IMG/VR virus record: IMGVR_UViG_3300011113_000640
Coordinates: 124,001 to 188,000 of that record
Length of the DNA: 64,000 nt
Direction: 5' to 3' (one strand)
Below, piece by piece: positions 1 to 9,448 of this stretch. The notes beneath the pieces were generated by a model, which saw only the letters and a list, made by a program, of their open reading frames with translations, was not told the DNA's origin and made no database searches. The position numbers and the translations under genes are program-made. Every line of letters starts with the position of its first letter. The stretch's first letter is position 1.

Positions 1-598
1 ATTCGGTATTTAAGAAACTGTTGTAGTAATTTCCACCATTAGGGTTGCCAGAATAGTACGGATTAGAAGGCCATTGGGTCCATCCAATGCCATCTGGACT
101 GCCTTGAGCACTGAGTTTGATGGTAGGTATGGTGAGTGGTGCACTGGGCACATACTGTGGTAAGATTGAATCCACAATGTTTACAGGGGCACGGGCACCG
201 GCCTGCGCATCCACAAACACAGCTTCCACAAGGTTACCACTGCTGCGTTGTATGCTGTAGTTGGCCGGTTGTGCCAAGACTTCTAGCAGTTCTGCACTGG
301 TCAAAGTTACCTTGGCGCGGCCGGTGGGAGCATTCAAGATCACCATGGGTTTTTCTATCAGCAATACATCACCTTCAGTGCTGATCACTCGGAACAGGAA
401 CGTGCTACCTGTGATGTTCACAGGTTTTTCTTGCTGGTTGATAAACTCAAACAAGAGCACGTTATCAACACCTTTGTTTATGGTCAGGACTTTGGCGTAC
501 ACAGGATCATACCTATAGATAAAAGTTTCGCCCGCGCCGGTGTCCATGAGCAAGACTCTGGTGATCTGCTGATAGATATAGGCTTGGGTGGAATACAT
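1..598 (-). CDS. Hypothetical phage protein, probably virion-associated (partial, runs off the window start)
   Basis: Not in the ORF track. Manual translation from ATG at 598 (MYSTQAYIYQQITRVLLMDTG...NKGVDNVLLFEFINQQEKPVNITG...) stays open to position 1. TAAATA lies 6 nt upstream. Confidence 0.8.
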   Translation of the reverse strand, partial: MYSTQAYIYQQITRVLLMDTGAGETFIYRYDPVYAKVLTINKGVDNVLLFEFINQQEKPVNITGSTFLFRVISTEGDVLLIEKPMVILNAPTGRAKVTLTSAELLEVLAQPANYSIQRSSGNLVEAVFVDAQAGARAPVNIVDSILPQYVPSAPLTIPTIKLSAQGSPDGIGWTQWPSNPYYSGNPNGGNYYNSFLNTE

Positions 599-658
599 AC
601 AGAGTATTTAGCAGGTTATGCTAGGGCTCAAAAACGGTCTGGTAAATATCCGTAACTT

Positions 659-1036
659 ATGAGCACTGAATTTTTTGCCCAACTAGCGGAAAAATATCCG
701 TTTATCACCTTGTGTGTGTATGCTACCACGGAATATGTGGGCATCATACAGAATCAAGACGATGCTATAACCACCATCTATGATTTTGGAGCCATACAAG
801 ATCTAGCAATCAAACGCAGATTTCTTGAGCTGGCCAACGTTTGGTGGTGGGAAAGCAATAGAACTGTGCCTATAAACATATTCTTGAAAGGTGAGTGGGA
901 CGTGTTCCGCCCCTATCTGCGTACATTTACCAACAAGGACCTGGAAATCCTGCACGGGCCCATATGCAGTCTCAGTGAAATGAGCCGCAAAAAAAGCAAG
1001 AGAAAAAGTATTACCTTAGTTCGGCGTGTTGAGTAG
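659..1036 (+). CDS. Hypothetical protein
   Basis: 125-aa ORF with TAAATA at 643-648; divergent from the preceding gene. Confidence 0.75.
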   Translation: MSTEFFAQLAEKYPFITLCVYATTEYVGIIQNQDDAITTIYDFGAIQDLAIKRRFLELANVWWWESNRTVPINIFLKGEWDVFRPYLRTFTNKDLEILHGPICSLSEMSRKKSKRKSITLVRRVE

Positions 1037-1585
1037 ATTCATGTGCAGGGCTACCAAGGCCGCATAACTAATCGCATGTGATTTCTTGAACACAAATCCT
1101 CGGCTGTCATCACCGTCCCACACTGAGGTAAACACTTGCTCCCAAGGCAGATTCTGTAGGTGTGCTTTGCCGGGTCTAATAATAGATATGAAAGCTGCCA
1201 TCCTAGGGATGCTGTCAGGGCGCATGGTTTTTAACAGTTCTGTATAGTTGCCCACGTGCACCAGTTGGCCTGCCCAATCCGAGTCGGTCCGTAGTCGCGA
1301 CCAAGGTGGTTCCAGGGCCAACATCGCTTCATAGTGTGATGGACTCTTTATCAGTTGATACACACTCATGTTCAGCAGATCGATCTTGAAATAACCCAAC
1401 TGTTCGGCTGTTTCGTAGTCTATGGCCGCACAGGCATTAACAGGATCCTGGGGTATGTCTGTGACATATATGCCACTGTTGTGACGACGCACCTGTCCTT
1501 GATTGATTTGTCGTGCTGGAACAGATTGTATCAATCGCAACAACTGATCTCTGTCAGCCAAGTCGATGTCAATGTCTGCGCTCAT
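1016..1585 (-). CDS. Minimal DNA polymerase III alpha (DnaE/family C) catalytic-core-like protein
   Basis: DnaE motifs in order (DIDID, HNSG, GYFKIDLL, RPG, FKKSHAISYA) within only 189 aa. Confidence 0.85.
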   Translation of the reverse strand: MSADIDIDLADRDQLLRLIQSVPARQINQGQVRRHNSGIYVTDIPQDPVNACAAIDYETAEQLGYFKIDLLNMSVYQLIKSPSHYEAMLALEPPWSRLRTDSDWAGQLVHVGNYTELLKTMRPDSIPRMAAFISIIRPGKAHLQNLPWEQVFTSVWDGDDSRGFVFKKSHAISYAALVALHMNLLNTPN

Positions 1586-2739
1586 TTTGAATATTTCCGC
1601 AAAATCTGATCAAGTTTCATTGGTCCTAGGGCTTCTATTGTGTTAGAAAAAAAGTAATTGTAGTTGTGTTCGACAAGATCTCGAGCCTGAGCACTGACCA
1701 AAATTTCAGGATGTTGGGCCATCCAGTTGATGGCCTCTGCACACATGCGATATCTTGCTATATGATCTTTTTCGTAATTATATGATTGTAACTGTTCTGG
1801 CAACAAATTCCAAGCAGTTTTAAATCCTAATTGGTTATACAACACGTCGGTGTTGGCCCCAGCAATGGGCCAAGGTATAGATTTAGTGATTGCACATTTA
1901 AGCAGTTTTTCAGTGATCCAGACTTCGTCATTTAACCATGTGGTTTCAGGAAATATCACACAATGATATGCAAGATATTCATCAATGACAAAGAAGCCCG
2001 GAGAAATTAATCCAAATTTTTGATCTATGCCAATTTGAATTGATCTATTATAATAGCCTTGAGTCTCTTGATCTATGTTGTCTTGATTGGCACAGTAATT
2101 ATTTACAAATTCTCTGAATTGGGTATCTTGTCTGGTTTCAAAAAAGCTGTCATTTAATTTTGATGCAGTGGTATAGTTATTTTGTCTTATAGTCATAGCA
2201 GTCCCCACAGTGGATTCTAATAGATCCATCATGTATTGACGCTGGGGTCTGTTCTGACCGTTGATATAGATCATGTTTTGCCTGCTGTTCTCAATTTTTT
2301 GATTGCTACGATCATAGTATTGTGGGTAAAACGGTCTTGTCAAGAAATCACGTGTGATCTGCGTGAATGGAAAAGGCAACAATTTGTCCGCACCAGGATA
2401 ACCGTCGACAACCAAGGCCGCAGTCAAAAAATAACAATTTTCTAATTCAACAAAAGCCCGATACATTTCTGGAGTGCAAACCTCAAGGTGATGTTGTCCT
2501 CCGTCAACAATTAAAAAGTCAAACTTGTCTGAGTTCACTGGATCCTTAGGCATGTGATAGAATCCAATATTGATGGCTCCAGCCTCCACTGACATGTTTT
2601 TACCAATTTTTATTTCACAATCAGCCCGATAATTATTGTGTTTATTCCTAGATTGATTGTATGCATAATAGTAATCAAACACCTGCAAGGATGAACTATT
2701 TTCTGAAGTATTATTGTCAAGGTGAACCAGTATTTTCAT
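1582..2739 (-). CDS. Putative glycosyltransferase-like protein (GT10-like ET...ITEK family)
   Basis: Motif FPET...WITEKLLK...GFKT; paralogous to 40147..41442; visibly AT-rich. Start placed at MKILVH. Confidence 0.5.
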   Translation of the reverse strand: MKILVHLDNNTSENSSSLQVFDYYYAYNQSRNKHNNYRADCEIKIGKNMSVEAGAINIGFYHMPKDPVNSDKFDFLIVDGGQHHLEVCTPEMYRAFVELENCYFLTAALVVDGYPGADKLLPFPFTQITRDFLTRPFYPQYYDRSNQKIENSRQNMIYINGQNRPQRQYMMDLLESTVGTAMTIRQNNYTTASKLNDSFFETRQDTQFREFVNNYCANQDNIDQETQGYYNRSIQIGIDQKFGLISPGFFVIDEYLAYHCVIFPETTWLNDEVWITEKLLKCAITKSIPWPIAGANTDVLYNQLGFKTAWNLLPEQLQSYNYEKDHIARYRMCAEAINWMAQHPEILVSAQARDLVEHNYNYFFSNTIEALGPMKLDQILRKYSK

Positions 2740-2744
2740 GACAG

Positions 2745-3419
2745 CTACCACCCAGCCTTGTTCAATATTTCACGCACATATTCTTGATCAGCCACATAGT
2801 CTGCAAATTTTTTCATCCACACTTCACTATCAATGTAAGGCCATATCATGGCAATCTGTGTAGCATCAAGTTCGCTTAGAAACTTTTGACCACTTTCACA
2901 ATTATAAACGATCCACGGACTGATACGGCCGGCAGTTACAGCATAGACCATGGCATTGGTGTTGCCATAACGCAGGCAATCTTCTGCTGGATGTCCAGAC
3001 GTCTCTGCCCAATCAATGCCAAATTCCATGGCACGAGCCAGGGCATCATTGACATTTTCCACCCGCAAATAGTCTATTAGGTATTCGGTATATATGGTAT
3101 CTCGACACCAATGATCAATCTTTTTGTTTTGTTTCAATACCCATTCTACAAATCTTGCAGGATTTACAGCACGGATGTCTACACAGTAGCGACCAAATTT
3201 TACAAAGGCACGATAGTAAGGACTTTCACAAAAGTCATCGTGCGTTTTTAACCGGGCGCTACCCTGGGTAAGCTCATAGAACTTTAAGTAGGACATGAAA
3301 CCAAGACGCACTCCTGCTTCGTCTTTTTCCATGCGACGACGTCGCGGTTCGCATGAATGTACCGCAAGACTGGACTCCTTCATGAAGTCCTTTTTACAAT
3401 ACTGACAGGTATAGGTCAT
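2745..3419 (-). CDS. Hypothetical protein with N-terminal zinc finger
   Basis: CQYC...H-x-C at the N-terminus; lies in the replication operon with overlapping start/stop codons. Confidence 0.7.
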   Translation of the reverse strand: MTYTCQYCKKDFMKESSLAVHSCEPRRRRMEKDEAGVRLGFMSYLKFYELTQGSARLKTHDDFCESPYYRAFVKFGRYCVDIRAVNPARFVEWVLKQNKKIDHWCRDTIYTEYLIDYLRVENVNDALARAMEFGIDWAETSGHPAEDCLRYGNTNAMVYAVTAGRISPWIVYNCESGQKFLSELDATQIAMIWPYIDSEVWMKKFADYVADQEYVREILNKAGW

Positions 3420-3862
3420 TTCTTTGCGTCTTGTCCTGCGGCTTTTAAGTAATCGTCTATGTCTTTTTTTGTGGTGATCTTGGTCAACAAATCCAGTTCG
3501 TCGTCTTTGAGATGTGGATACAATTCGGCCAATTGTTTTCTAACACTGCTGGCACCGACTTCTTTTTTCTTGGGCGCAATCCACGGATGTCTATGTGTGC
3601 CCATGCCAGGACTCACTGTGGTAGCTGTGAGCCATTGCAATTGAGGATGGCGGTTGATGTCAAAAAATCTTTTGTTCAATCGCTCGTTGGTAGCAATCAC
3701 ATAAAACTCCTGTAGTTCTTTTGAACCCTGTACCGCACTACCCCAACGTATCATGAGATAGTTGCTGAACTTTTTGCGTTCTTCGTCGGTGAGTTCGTTG
3801 TAGAAATCGCGGTTTTTGCGATCAAACTGGGCCATCTCATTTTGAATGCTGAGTTTATCCAC
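3416..3862 (-). CDS. Putative clamp loader small subunit (gp62-like)
   Basis: Size, FSNYLMIRWGS, HPQLQW and HPWI motifs, and replication context. Confidence 0.5.
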   Translation of the reverse strand: MDKLSIQNEMAQFDRKNRDFYNELTDEERKKFSNYLMIRWGSAVQGSKELQEFYVIATNERLNKRFFDINRHPQLQWLTATTVSPGMGTHRHPWIAPKKKEVGASSVRKQLAELYPHLKDDELDLLTKITTKKDIDDYLKAAGQDAKK

Positions 3863-4362
3863 TACCAGGCCCGGTTATAATCTACTACTTCACAGTTTCT
3901 GCTGATGTCTTTGACAAAATACACACACTCAGGCTTTTCACCTTCGCCCACTGGCACACACAGCATCTGTCCATTTTTTAATTTTGGCGCATACCAAGTA
4001 ACCTCTTGATACACATCAATGATTTCAATGTCCAGGAAGCTGGGCCTAAAACTGCTCAAAGGATTGAACTGGAATGCCTTGAATCCACGATCATTGATGG
4101 CTGTCAAAGGTAGGACTTCTAGGTCACCCAAATCGGGTTCCCCGATCAAGATCTGCCAGTCCACGGGCATTTTGATACGATATTCACCTATGCGCAGAAC
4201 CAGGGCTGGTGCTGTAAAACTTTCTAGAAAGATCAAGGGTATGTAATGATAGTCTGGATCTTTAGGATCACTATTATCAAATATAGCAAAACGCATGTCG
4301 TCTACTTCTTCGGGTAGATGATCTAGTTCAAATGGCTCATTGTCCAGTGTTAATATTCTCAT
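3862..4362 (-). CDS. Hypothetical protein (possible degenerate Hint-like beta fold)
   Basis: 166-aa beta-rich ORF with its own sigma70-like promoter. Confidence 0.6.
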   Translation of the reverse strand: MRILTLDNEPFELDHLPEEVDDMRFAIFDNSDPKDPDYHYIPLIFLESFTAPALVLRIGEYRIKMPVDWQILIGEPDLGDLEVLPLTAINDRGFKAFQFNPLSSFRPSFLDIEIIDVYQEVTWYAPKLKNGQMLCVPVGEGEKPECVYFVKDISRNCEVVDYNRAW

Positions 4363-4368
4363 ACTTTG

Positions 4369-4396
4369 ATTATAACATATTTTGTGGCAAGTGCAA
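4369..4396 (-). promoter_or_regulatory. Sigma70-type promoter, probably leaderless transcript
   Basis: TTGCAC-N16-TATAAT with extended -10 TG; ATG 6 nt downstream. Confidence 0.65.
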
Positions 4397-4399
4397 CCT

Positions 4400-5857
4400 T
4401 TATTTCCAAGATAACTTTTCCTGGGTAAATGGATAGTTGGCTTCCTTATAGAAAGTCTTGCGTTTGGTTAGATGACGTTTGGCAAATCTACAGGTACTGG
4501 TCACATCCCAGATCTGCACATGGTCTTTGTCTTCGGCTTTTCTAATGCCGCGTCCAATTGATTGAATAACTCGCACAAAGCTCTTTCCTGGTTCCACCAA
4601 CACAAGATTAAAAATTCTAGGTATATTGATACCCACGGCAGCCACACCATAAGTGGCCACGATAATCTTGCCATCGGCTACAGCCACTTCGTCGTATTCA
4701 TCTTGTCTATCCTTGGCCTTGGTTGCACCCGATACAAACACCGCATCCTTGAGTTGTTCTACCAAGGCCTGTCCTGCGGCAATGCGATCCACCAACACAA
4801 GAGTATTGCCAGTGACATTGACTTGTCGCACTAGATCAGCAATGGTCTTGAGTCTGTCGGGCTCTTCTAACAGATACTTTAGCTCGCTTTGGTAGTTGGT
4901 GAACTCAGCATGGTCTTCTAGTTGTACTATGTTGACATGGCACTGGGCCAGCACACCTTGACTTTGCAACTCGCTGGCACTGAGTTTGCTGATCACAGGA
5001 CCCAGGCTTACCAACAAGCTCACACTTTCAAATTTTTCTTTGGGTATAGTTCCTGTGAGTCCCCAGCGTATAGGAATCCGACTCATTACACCAGTGAGTA
5101 GGGTTTTCAGTGCATCAGCCTTGGCCATGTGTACCTCATCCACAATCACGCACACCACACCTTCCAAGAATTCACCTATGGTGATCTCTGCTAGATCGTT
5201 CTTGGTATTCTTTAGTAACACGTTTAGACTTTGCCAGGTGCATATGGTGTGTTGACGTCCGAACTCTTTACGGTCGCCAAAGAACACGCCCACATCCAGG
5301 CCCATGTTGATGTAGTCTCGTTCTGTTTGCGTGACCAGGCTCTTGTTGGGCACAATCACTATGCTACGACCATAAGGTGTTATAGCATCAGATAAGGCAG
5401 CGGTCATCACTGTCTTGCCTGCTCCAGTGGCCACTTCTTGTAGACATTGTGGATTGGCCAGGAAGTTGTTGATGATTTCTACTTGATAGTCACGAAGCTT
5501 CATGGGCTCGCCCGCAGCAGGATGTCCTTTGGGCCAGGCTATGTGGCTGTAACTGTCCTCTGTGACCGGTGTAAAGTCAAACGTGGTCAAATAATCTCTT
5601 TGGTCGTCTAGGTCAATATCATAGTTGAACTTTTCTAATATGGGTATGATCTCGGGCAACAAGTTCACATAGGTGCTGCCACCCAACTGAAAGTAACTGA
5701 CTTTGCCATCCCAACGTCCTAGCCGCACTGCCGGCAAATATCTAGCATAGGGCACATCATATTTGAAGGCATTAACCAGACTACGACGTGCATCTAATTC
5801 AAGACCTTCAATCTTGATATTGACTTCGTCGCGTATGATTATTGTGGCTTTTTTCAT
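4400..5857 (-). CDS. uvsW: SF2 DNA helicase (UvsW-like)
   Basis: LRDYQ, ATGAGKT, DEVH, GLTGT and QSIGRGIR helicase motifs. Confidence 0.85.
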   Translation of the reverse strand: MKKATIIIRDEVNIKIEGLELDARRSLVNAFKYDVPYARYLPAVRLGRWDGKVSYFQLGGSTYVNLLPEIIPILEKFNYDIDLDDQRDYLTTFDFTPVTEDSYSHIAWPKGHPAAGEPMKLRDYQVEIINNFLANPQCLQEVATGAGKTVMTAALSDAITPYGRSIVIVPNKSLVTQTERDYINMGLDVGVFFGDRKEFGRQHTICTWQSLNVLLKNTKNDLAEITIGEFLEGVVCVIVDEVHMAKADALKTLLTGVMSRIPIRWGLTGTIPKEKFESVSLLVSLGPVISKLSASELQSQGVLAQCHVNIVQLEDHAEFTNYQSELKYLLEEPDRLKTIADLVRQVNVTGNTLVLVDRIAAGQALVEQLKDAVFVSGATKAKDRQDEYDEVAVADGKIIVATYGVAAVGINIPRIFNLVLVEPGKSFVRVIQSIGRGIRKAEDKDHVQIWDVTSTCRFAKRHLTKRKTFYKEANYPFTQEKLSWK

Positions 5858-5873
5858 AAAGTATCGATGAGAT

Positions 5874-6689
5874 TTAAATTTTATAAATTATTTTTTTCAT
5901 ATCTAAACTTGTCAAAGGAAAAATATTTAATTGATCACATTGAATTTCAAATTTTTGTTCTCGCAGAAGATATTGAACATAAGACTCATCAAAAATCGTA
6001 ATACAAGGACTCGGATGATCAAATTGGCTGTTTAAAATTTGATCGACCCACTGCTGACACCTAATTTGTGAATTATGAAATTGTTGAGCTTTAATAAATT
6101 TTTTTTGATTGTTCATAATAGTATCAATATCTGCTGTTAATTTTTTATCAACAATCTTGGCGCATTCGACGAGTTTTTCAAAAATATTTTCAAATATATC
6201 TTGGGTATCTAGTTTAAAACTAGATTTAATTTGTTTGTAGCTATCGATAGTCTTCCAGACATCTACGATCCAAAAAGAAACCCATTCTCTCAAAATCCAT
6301 CTCGGGATATCTTCATTGAGTGTGTTAAATTTGTAGTCCCAATTTTGAGACAATTTTAACTTTATTTCAGCGTTAATAATTTGTGTTCGCAAATAGGAAA
6401 TCAAATTACTCTTCTCCCATTTGACAAATTGATTGTTATAATAGTCCAAGCAATGATCATGAACTGGTGTAATTGTTATTACAGTGTCCTGTTCTGTCAA
6501 TACTGTATCCTCACAATGTCCATACCAGATCAGTTTTTTTGATTCATGATCATCTCTAAACAAATGGCTGCTGCCATCGTCACAGAATTCAAAATTGGTT
6601 TCTCTGTGCGAGCTTAAATCAGTGTAATTGTACAAGCAACGGGAAAAATAAGTACCGTAGCATCCAGGAGGAAATAGTATTTTAATCAT
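5874..6689 (-). CDS. Hypothetical AT-rich protein (possible P-loop/sulfotransferase-like fold)
   Basis: N-terminal beta-strand followed by PPGCYGT; has its own overlapping promoters. Confidence 0.55.
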   Translation of the reverse strand: MIKILFPPGCYGTYFSRCLYNYTDLSSHRETNFEFCDDGSSHLFRDDHESKKLIWYGHCEDTVLTEQDTVITITPVHDHCLDYYNNQFVKWEKSNLISYLRTQIINAEIKLKLSQNWDYKFNTLNEDIPRWILREWVSFWIVDVWKTIDSYKQIKSSFKLDTQDIFENIFEKLVECAKIVDKKLTADIDTIMNNQKKFIKAQQFHNSQIRCQQWVDQILNSQFDHPSPCITIFDESYVQYLLREQKFEIQCDQLNIFPLTSLDMKKIIYKI

Positions 6690-6693
6690 TTGT

Positions 6694-6727
6694 TATTTAC
6701 TATAACACATTTGTAACAAAGATGCAA
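6694..6727 (-). promoter_or_regulatory. Overlapping sigma70-type and late TAAATA promoters
   Basis: TTGCAT-N17-TATAGT overlapping TAAATA (6694-6699), 4 nt from the ATG. Confidence 0.55.
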
Positions 6728-6780
6728 AAAAACAGGCACCGAAGTGCCTGTTGTAAAATGGACAACGTCGCCGCTGTCCA
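6726..6780 (-). terminator. Tandem hairpins / intrinsic terminator after the ATPase gene
   Basis: TGGACAGCG-GCGA-CGTTGTCCA-TTTT followed by ACAGGCAC-TTCG-GTGCCTG-T7. Confidence 0.85.
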
Positions 6781-6791
6781 GGAGCTACCGA

Positions 6792-7811
6792 TTATGAGTT
6801 TTTCATGCAAGTGCTTGCAGCCAAGGCCTTCCAATTGTCAGCACTAACCTTGGTCAAGTCTGCTATCTTCAAGGCCATACGCAGGCTCATTTCACGCAAG
6901 CGGTCCTTGTTGGCATCCATGAAGTTGAGGATTTCGTCACCTTGTTCTGGGCTGAAATCATAGTCATTGAACAGTTGTCCTTGGCGGAAGATCTGCTTGA
7001 TACGCAAGAAACGATCACGCTGGGTGTTGAGTGTAAGATCCAAGAAGTGACAACGACTCTGCAAGGCCTCCAAATGGTCTTGCAATTTCTTGCTTTTGAG
7101 ATTGCTGAACTGCAAGTTGGTGATAAAGATGCAGGCACCTTTGAAGTCGAAACAGTCAGGCACACCTTCACGGCGCAACATGGCCGAATCTGAGTTCCAG
7201 TAAATTCTGCGTTTCTTGCCTGAGTCTAGGGCGGCCTTGAGAATGTTCAATGATAAGTCATCTTGGAACACCGAGTCGCAGTCGTCGAACACCAAGACAT
7301 TGTTGGGATCAGAGTGTTTGTAGAGAGTGCAGTAGAGACCAATTGGAGTCATGGCACCTTTGATCACTTCATACTTGATCTTGCGACCGCTGAGTTTGTC
7401 AAACAGACCAGACTTTTCCAATTGCTTTTCTACTCCGTAGCTCTTGCCCACTCCAGGAGGACCAACCACGATCATGGCTCTGACGTCACCTGCGATAGTG
7501 GCCTTGGTCATCTGATCCAGGATGTCAAATCGCTGTTCAATACGATCCATGACTTCATCATCGGTCTCCACCGGAACCTGAGCAGTCGCAGGGCGATCAG
7601 CAGTCATTGACTCGGTAGTAAACTCTACATCTTCGATGCTGTCTACTTTGACACGGACCACTTCGGGCACTTCTGGGCCAAAAAATCCATCTGCTTTCAC
7701 AGTTACATAGCCTCCCTTGGCGCCAGTTTGAAACCCTTTGACCAAGTTAAAGATCATACCGTTGACGGGTTGATTGCGATACGACCCATTTTTAACGAGA
7801 ATAGTTGACAT
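6792..7811 (-). CDS. AAA+ family ATPase (early gene)
   Basis: Walker A GPPGVGKS, Walker B VLVFDDCD, sensor FITN, arginine finger ALQSR. Confidence 0.85.
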   Translation of the reverse strand: MSTILVKNGSYRNQPVNGMIFNLVKGFQTGAKGGYVTVKADGFFGPEVPEVVRVKVDSIEDVEFTTESMTADRPATAQVPVETDDEVMDRIEQRFDILDQMTKATIAGDVRAMIVVGPPGVGKSYGVEKQLEKSGLFDKLSGRKIKYEVIKGAMTPIGLYCTLYKHSDPNNVLVFDDCDSVFQDDLSLNILKAALDSGKKRRIYWNSDSAMLRREGVPDCFDFKGACIFITNLQFSNLKSKKLQDHLEALQSRCHFLDLTLNTQRDRFLRIKQIFRQGQLFNDYDFSPEQGDEILNFMDANKDRLREMSLRMALKIADLTKVSADNWKALAASTCMKNS

Positions 7812-7847
7812 ACATCTAGCTCCTTCTTTGATTGTTTTAATAATACT

Positions 7848-7876
7848 ATTATAGCAAATCGGTTATTTCTTGTCAA
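7848..7876 (-). promoter_or_regulatory. Consensus sigma70 early promoter
   Basis: TTGACA-N17-TATAAT with extended -10; the -35 lies in the last codons of the upstream gene. Confidence 0.9.
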
Positions 7877-8087
7877 CCTGGCTTTTCAAGTAGTCTTTGT
7901 ATTCGAAGTGCGAGAGCAAAACCGAATAGATTGTGTAAAGACATGCTGTGCTACCCATAACTGCCATGCCAATAACAAACTGCTCTGGAGTCATAGACTG
8001 GACCATATATTGAATGCCCAATCCAAATGCCACGCAGATTGCTCCAAACCCTGCTGTGAATAAGCCTGCTTTTAATTTTTGATTCAT
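7863..8087 (-). CDS. Small two-helix membrane protein
   Basis: 74 aa with two hydrophobic segments, an SD-like GAAAGG and its own promoter. Confidence 0.7.
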   Translation of the reverse strand: MNQKLKAGLFTAGFGAICVAFGLGIQYMVQSMTPEQFVIGMAVMGSTACLYTIYSVLLSHFEYKDYLKSQVDKK

Positions 8088-8135
8088 ATTGTGCCTTTCT
8101 ATAAAAGTGTTGCGTAAAAACTACATTATGTTACA

Positions 8136-8164
8136 ATTATAACAGCGAGGCAATTTCAGGTCAA
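8136..8164 (-). promoter_or_regulatory. Sigma70 early promoter
   Basis: TTGACC-N17-TATAAT with extended -10. Confidence 0.85.
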
Positions 8165-8169
8165 GTCAT

Positions 8170-8198
8170 AAAAAAACCCTACTACTTGTAGGGTTTTT
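8170..8198. terminator. Intrinsic terminator (potentially bidirectional)
   Basis: AAAAAACCCTAC-TACTT-GTAGGGTTTTT hairpin with A/T tracts on both sides. Confidence 0.8.
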
Positions 8199-8213
8199 GT
8201 GTATATTTTATGT

Positions 8214-8699
8214 TTAGAACTCTATTTCTGTGCCTTCGGCTATAAACAAATCATGCTCAAACGTAGATCCAGGATCTACGGTCCAATGCCAGGTGCCCAT
8301 TAATCCTGCACGCTCAGCATTGTGGGGAATTCCATTTATCCTTATGTTGTCTCGTGGGTCTCTTACACCCAACTCTCGCACAGGAGACACATCATCAAAT
8401 TCATATGGCCCAGTGTAATATATTTCTCCCCAATCAACTTCGGTATAATTGGCCACGATCATACCAAAACGTACAGTGGCTTTGTCCACCACGATTTTCA
8501 TTTGTTTGGTTCCTGCAAATTCAATTGGTATTTCAAAGCTAAACAAAGTTGGTGCGTTTTTTGCGGAAGAATTTTCATCAGTAAATGGTACAAGATCGAC
8601 ATCATCGGAAAATATCTGCTCGCCATCCAAACTGGCAGTCAGGGCGGCGGTTCCTGTGCCCCATCCTTGTACTCTAACTGTTCTTTTGTTCATAGACAT
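8214..8699 (-). CDS. Hypothetical beta-rich protein
   Basis: Start reassigned to 8699, supported by SD AAGGAG and TAAATA at 8714-8719. Confidence 0.65.
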   Translation of the reverse strand: MSMNKRTVRVQGWGTGTAALTASLDGEQIFSDDVDLVPFTDENSSAKNAPTLFSFEIPIEFAGTKQMKIVVDKATVRFGMIVANYTEVDWGEIYYTGPYEFDDVSPVRELGVRDPRDNIRINGIPHNAERAGLMGTWHWTVDPGSTFEHDLFIAEGTEIEF

Positions 8700-8722
8700 A
8701 TCTCCTTGACTGCTATTTAGCC

Positions 8723-9448
8723 CTAGATTCGCCAATGTTGTAATATAACTGGATCTGTCACATCACTGGGTTTAGGACGACCGTGAAACACAAGAATGCT
8801 GGTTTTGGGCCCAAGGTTGGTTCCAGTGCCCGGTGCTCTATGACGTCTGCGTGCGAAGTCATAGCCTCCATCTACGCACTGCCAACGCCAACTCTGTACT
8901 GATTCAAGATCAAAAAATCTGCGGTGTTTTACTTCTATGGCTTCGGACAAAAAATCCTGATCTCCTCTATATTTCAGTTGAATTTCTCGTATGTCCTTTG
9001 AGCAAAATTTGTCCCAGACATAGTCATATTTTGTGGTATCCCAATTCATTACACTTGAATTGATGCCATTGCTTGAAGATCGCCAGAGGTACTTGTAATC
9101 ACGAATGCTCCAAAAATAGTTTGTGTTGTTGACACCCACCCAATCAATGTTGTTGACAATGACTGTGTCTAGATCAAAATACAACAACGGACCAGCGTGA
9201 TGTGCAGGATTGAACAACTGCATTTTATACCACCAGGCACGACCCAACCGTATTTCTGGCCATTCGGTCAGTGCATGTTTGATCATGTGGGCAGGCACAG
9301 ACCTATCAGCTTCGGTATAAACATGCAGATTGAACTCAGAGGTAAGATTACGCCGGAGCATGGCATAAAGACAGTCCACATATTGCCAAGAATATGCACT
9401 GCCGTGTATCACACAGGCACAGTCTATAATCCCAGGCGTTGTATCCAT
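8723..9448 (-). CDS. GT-A glycosyltransferase (GT8-like)
   Basis: WWYKMQLF, YFDLD (DxD), NSSVM, GDQDF and VFHGRPKP motifs. Confidence 0.75.
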   Translation of the reverse strand: MDTTPGIIDCACVIHGSAYSWQYVDCLYAMLRRNLTSEFNLHVYTEADRSVPAHMIKHALTEWPEIRLGRAWWYKMQLFNPAHHAGPLLYFDLDTVIVNNIDWVGVNNTNYFWSIRDYKYLWRSSSNGINSSVMNWDTTKYDYVWDKFCSKDIREIQLKYRGDQDFLSEAIEVKHRRFFDLESVQSWRWQCVDGGYDFARRRHRAPGTGTNLGPKTSILVFHGRPKPSDVTDPVILQHWRI

